This document shows positions 61,255 to 64,000 of a DNA stretch of 64,000 nucleotides, in pieces. The first letter of the stretch is position 1; each line of letters opens with the position of its first letter. This DNA comes from an uncultured delta proteobacterium (GTDB taxonomy: Bacteria > Desulfobacterota > Syntrophia > Syntrophales > UBA2185). Position numbers and translations under genes: made by a program. The notes beneath the pieces were generated by a model. That model had not been told where the DNA came from. It saw nothing but the letters and a program-made list of their open reading frames with translations, and did no database searches. The DNA lies in contig CAVSPA010000006.1 of the NCBI GenBank assembly GCA_963729715.1, positions 256,001 through 320,000 of the forward strand, written 5' to 3'.

Positions 61255-62205
61255 ATGACAAAGCGTTTGTTCATAATACTATGCATTTTGTTAACCATTG
61301 CCGCTATGATCTGCTTTTATGCCTTGTCCGGCAGCAGGGTTTCTAAATCAGTATTGTCGTGGACCAAGGGTGTCAGCAAAGAAGATGATGCTTCACAATG
61401 GTTCAAGATAAGAAGAATGAAAAGAACAAGAGGTGTCGCGCTTGTAGTGCATGGCCTCAACTTGAGACCCGAAAGAATGCAATCCATCATAGCTGAACTC
61501 AATGACGAGCGAATCGATGTTCTTAACCTGTCACTCAGAGGCCATGGCAACAACTATTTGAAGAATATGAACGTCTCCATAGACGGAGCAAGACTGGAAT
61601 CTTTTCGGACCGTCACATACGGTCTATGGTCGGATGAGATTTATGAGGCTTATCTGAAAGTGAGAGATAGAGCCTCAAGAAAAAATGTCCCCACTTTTTT
61701 TATCGGCTATTCCCTCGGCGGGTTGATGGGTTGCGATCTTATCCTGTCACATCCTGATGTGTCTTATGACCGTATGGTTCTTTTCGCGCCCTCTTTAAAT
61801 ATGACAGTGGAAAGCTACCTTTTAAAGGCCCTGATGCCCTTTCCAAATATCGTTATAGACAGTTTATCTCCCGTATCTTATCGGGCAAACGAAGGTACAC
61901 CCATGGCGGCTTACAAGGCTTTAATCGAAGCCATTGAGCATTTTGAAAAAAATGTAAATGATAAAGTGAACAAGCCGACGCTCATCTTTATCGATGAAAA
62001 GGATGAATTTGTTTCTTCTTCGAAGCTGAAGGAAATGATTGCCCGGAGGAATCTTGACCACTGGCAAATTCATATCGTGCAGAAAGACAATGATATCGGA
62101 GAAAAAATCTCGCACCATTTAATCATTGACGGAGACAGCGTCGGTAGACAGATGTGGAAGCAAATCAAGGACGCCATAAAAAGGCATTTGAGCATCGGCG
62201 CTTGA
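61255..62205 (+). CDS. Alpha/beta hydrolase, lysophospholipase-like, with N-terminal anchor
   Basis: VVHGL, LRGHG, GYSLGG, LFAP, DEFV, late His. Confidence 0.8.
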   Translation: MTKRLFIILCILLTIAAMICFYALSGSRVSKSVLSWTKGVSKEDDASQWFKIRRMKRTRGVALVVHGLNLRPERMQSIIAELNDERIDVLNLSLRGHGNNYLKNMNVSIDGARLESFRTVTYGLWSDEIYEAYLKVRDRASRKNVPTFFIGYSLGGLMGCDLILSHPDVSYDRMVLFAPSLNMTVESYLLKALMPFPNIVIDSLSPVSYRANEGTPMAAYKALIEAIEHFEKNVNDKVNKPTLIFIDEKDEFVSSSKLKEMIARRNLDHWQIHIVQKDNDIGEKISHHLIIDGDSVGRQMWKQIKDAIKRHLSIGA

Positions 62206-62224
62206 ATCCGGCAGCGAGCGCACT

Positions 62225-62313
62225 CCCCGTGGCGGGCCGCGGGGTAAGCGAGCGAATGGGTAACATTATTATTCCTCGAGGATAGAAGATTCTCCGCAAC
62301 TTGCTGCGGGAGA
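62225..62313. repeat. Paired GC-rich hairpins resembling a non-autonomous IS200/IS605-type remnant
   Basis: CCCCGTGGCGGGCCGCGGGG (62225-44) and TCTCCGCAACTTGCTGCGGGAGA (62291-313). Confidence 0.4.
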
Positions 62314-62835
62314 CCGAATCAGCCGTCCTCACTGCCGACCTATTTCATGATTTTTATCCGCCTTCAGTTCCATTAGATTTATTGGAATCATAATATAACT
62401 TTCATCTTCCTGTAATATTATCTTGTCATAAACTCACTAAGCCCTATTTTGGCGGAAATGTTTTTCGTACAAAAGCATGAGAAATCATGAAGAGTGAGTA
62501 AGCGGCATTATAAAAAGTAAAGGGGTTATAAAATGAAGGAGACAAAGAAGATATATATTTCTGATAATCAATGGCTGTTCCCGATGCAGGAATCCGGCCC
62601 TCTCGGGAACTTATTAAGGCCATTCAAGAGCGACGGCCGGAAGCAGGAAGAAGAGCAGTTGATAATGAACAAGGAACTCGCGGACGATCATTTGACTGCA
62701 ACTTACTGGGGATGACGAGGTAGTTGCCATGAAAACGCTGGGAAAAAACCGTTATATCGGCGGGAAATATAAACTTCCACGGGGAGAACAACGATGTGGC
62801 GGGTTCGAGGTGAATTAATTAAGGAGGTGAAGAAC

Positions 62836-63657
62836 TTGGCCGGATTTATGAGAATGTTCGCCGTGGGTCTTATCGGATTTCTTCTTATCACTACGTGGCC
62901 TGCGCATGCTGCCGATACGCTGGTTGTGAAGGGGTCGACAACGGTTTTTCCCATTGCCCAGGCGGCAGCCGACGCTTACATGCGTAACTATCCCAACATA
63001 AATGTCTCCGTTTCGGGCACCGGTTCAGGTCATGGAATAAAGGCACTGATCGACAAGACGACAGACATTGCCACTTCGTCACGTGATCTTAAAAAAGAGG
63101 AAATTGATATGGCCAGGGAAAGGGGTGTCAATCCAGTGGCCCATCGTGTTGCTATCGATGCAATTGTGCCGGTGGTACATCCTGCAAATCCGGTAAAGGA
63201 TCTAACGACAGAGCAATTGAATCTAATTTACCAGGGCAAGATTAAGAACTGGAGGGATGTGGGCGGGCCGAATAGAGGAGTAGTGGTGATATCGAGAGAC
63301 ACGAGCTCCGGCACGTATGATACATGGGAGGATAAAATCCTCCATAAGGCCACAGTAACCCCCAGGGCTCAATTGCAGGCGTCAAACGAGACGGTCGTTC
63401 ATGCTGTCTCCAAGAACAGGTACGCCATAGGTTATATTGGCATCGGATATCTGAGCAAGACTGTCAAGGGCCTCAAGGTAAATGGTGTTGAAGCTTCGGC
63501 GCAGACAGCACTCTCAGGGGAATATCCTATCTCGAGGCCTCTTTTCATGTTCACCGATGGTGAGCCGGGCGGGACGGCGGGTGATTTTGTAAGATTCGTG
63601 CTCAGCGCTGAAGGGCAGAAAATTGTTGAGAAGGAAGGGTTCGTACCCTTAAAATAG
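62836..63657 (+). CDS. pstS: Phosphate ABC transporter substrate-binding protein
   Basis: KGSTTV, GTGSGHG, DIATSSR, RDTSSGT, YPISRPLF. TTG start after AAGGAGG (ATG 62794 or 62848 also possible). Confidence 0.92.
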   Translation: MAGFMRMFAVGLIGFLLITTWPAHAADTLVVKGSTTVFPIAQAAADAYMRNYPNINVSVSGTGSGHGIKALIDKTTDIATSSRDLKKEEIDMARERGVNPVAHRVAIDAIVPVVHPANPVKDLTTEQLNLIYQGKIKNWRDVGGPNRGVVVISRDTSSGTYDTWEDKILHKATVTPRAQLQASNETVVHAVSKNRYAIGYIGIGYLSKTVKGLKVNGVEASAQTALSGEYPISRPLFMFTDGEPGGTAGDFVRFVLSAEGQKIVEKEGFVPLK

Positions 63658-63685
63658 CTGAATTGCACCATCGGAATATCCTGTC

Positions 63686-64000
63686 ATGTCACTGCGCAAG
63701 AAGACGTTCATCATTACCGGCATCACCTTCATTGGCCTCATCGTTATCTTATTCATAATACCTTCGATGATCACCAAGGAAGGCTTCACCGATATTGAAA
63801 GCAAAGAAATCCGCAAGGATGTTGAGATAGCGCTGAATGTCATCGAAAATGAAAAATCAGCCCTTGATGACACAGCCTATGACTTTGCCACATGGGATGA
63901 GACTTATACCTTTGTTAATAATGGAAACAAAGCCTACGTCAGGGCCAATCTTCGTGATTCCACCTTTTCCAAACTCAGGGTTAATTACATTCTCTTCGTT
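63686..64000 (+). CDS. CHASE4-domain membrane sensor, 5' part (runs off the window)
   Basis: MSLRKKT plus a TM helix, then DFATWDETYTFV...YVRANL. Frame is open to the window end. Confidence 0.8.
   Translation, partial: MSLRKKTFIITGITFIGLIVILFIIPSMITKEGFTDIESKEIRKDVEIALNVIENEKSALDDTAYDFATWDETYTFVNNGNKAYVRANLRDSTFSKLRVNYILFV

Overview
Bacterial chromosomal window, most consistent with an anaerobic deltaproteobacterium (Syntrophales/Desulfobacterota-like; inferred from gene content only). No rRNA, tRNA or CRISPR array was seen. From left to right: a redox operon (HdrA-like C-terminus, MvhD, FlxC/FdhB-like, Cys-type FdhA, HdrC-like, ferredoxin-NapH fusion, degenerate AOR); an envelope operon hit by an IS200/IS605 element; two low-complexity proteins behind sigma28 and sigma54 promoters; two paralogous multi-PAS hybrid kinases (one frameshifted and preceded by an attenuator-like leader); orphan mreB with a SWIB protein; a truncated IS1182-like element inserted into a REP palindrome; fosX with a lost metal ligand; msrAB with an MsrP-like/cytochrome b pair; a reversed motB-motA pair; a TRAP transporter; and a phosphate-starvation island (phoB, porin, pstS). 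The best candidate for an undescribed system is in that island. It is a three-gene operon (GS/GCS-fold ligase-like protein, phosphatidylserine-decarboxylase-like protein, Lgt-like transferase) behind the same four-repeat Pho-box array that precedes phoB and the porin. I hypothesise that it makes a phosphorus-free membrane lipid. All assignments rest on motifs read by eye, not on database searches.
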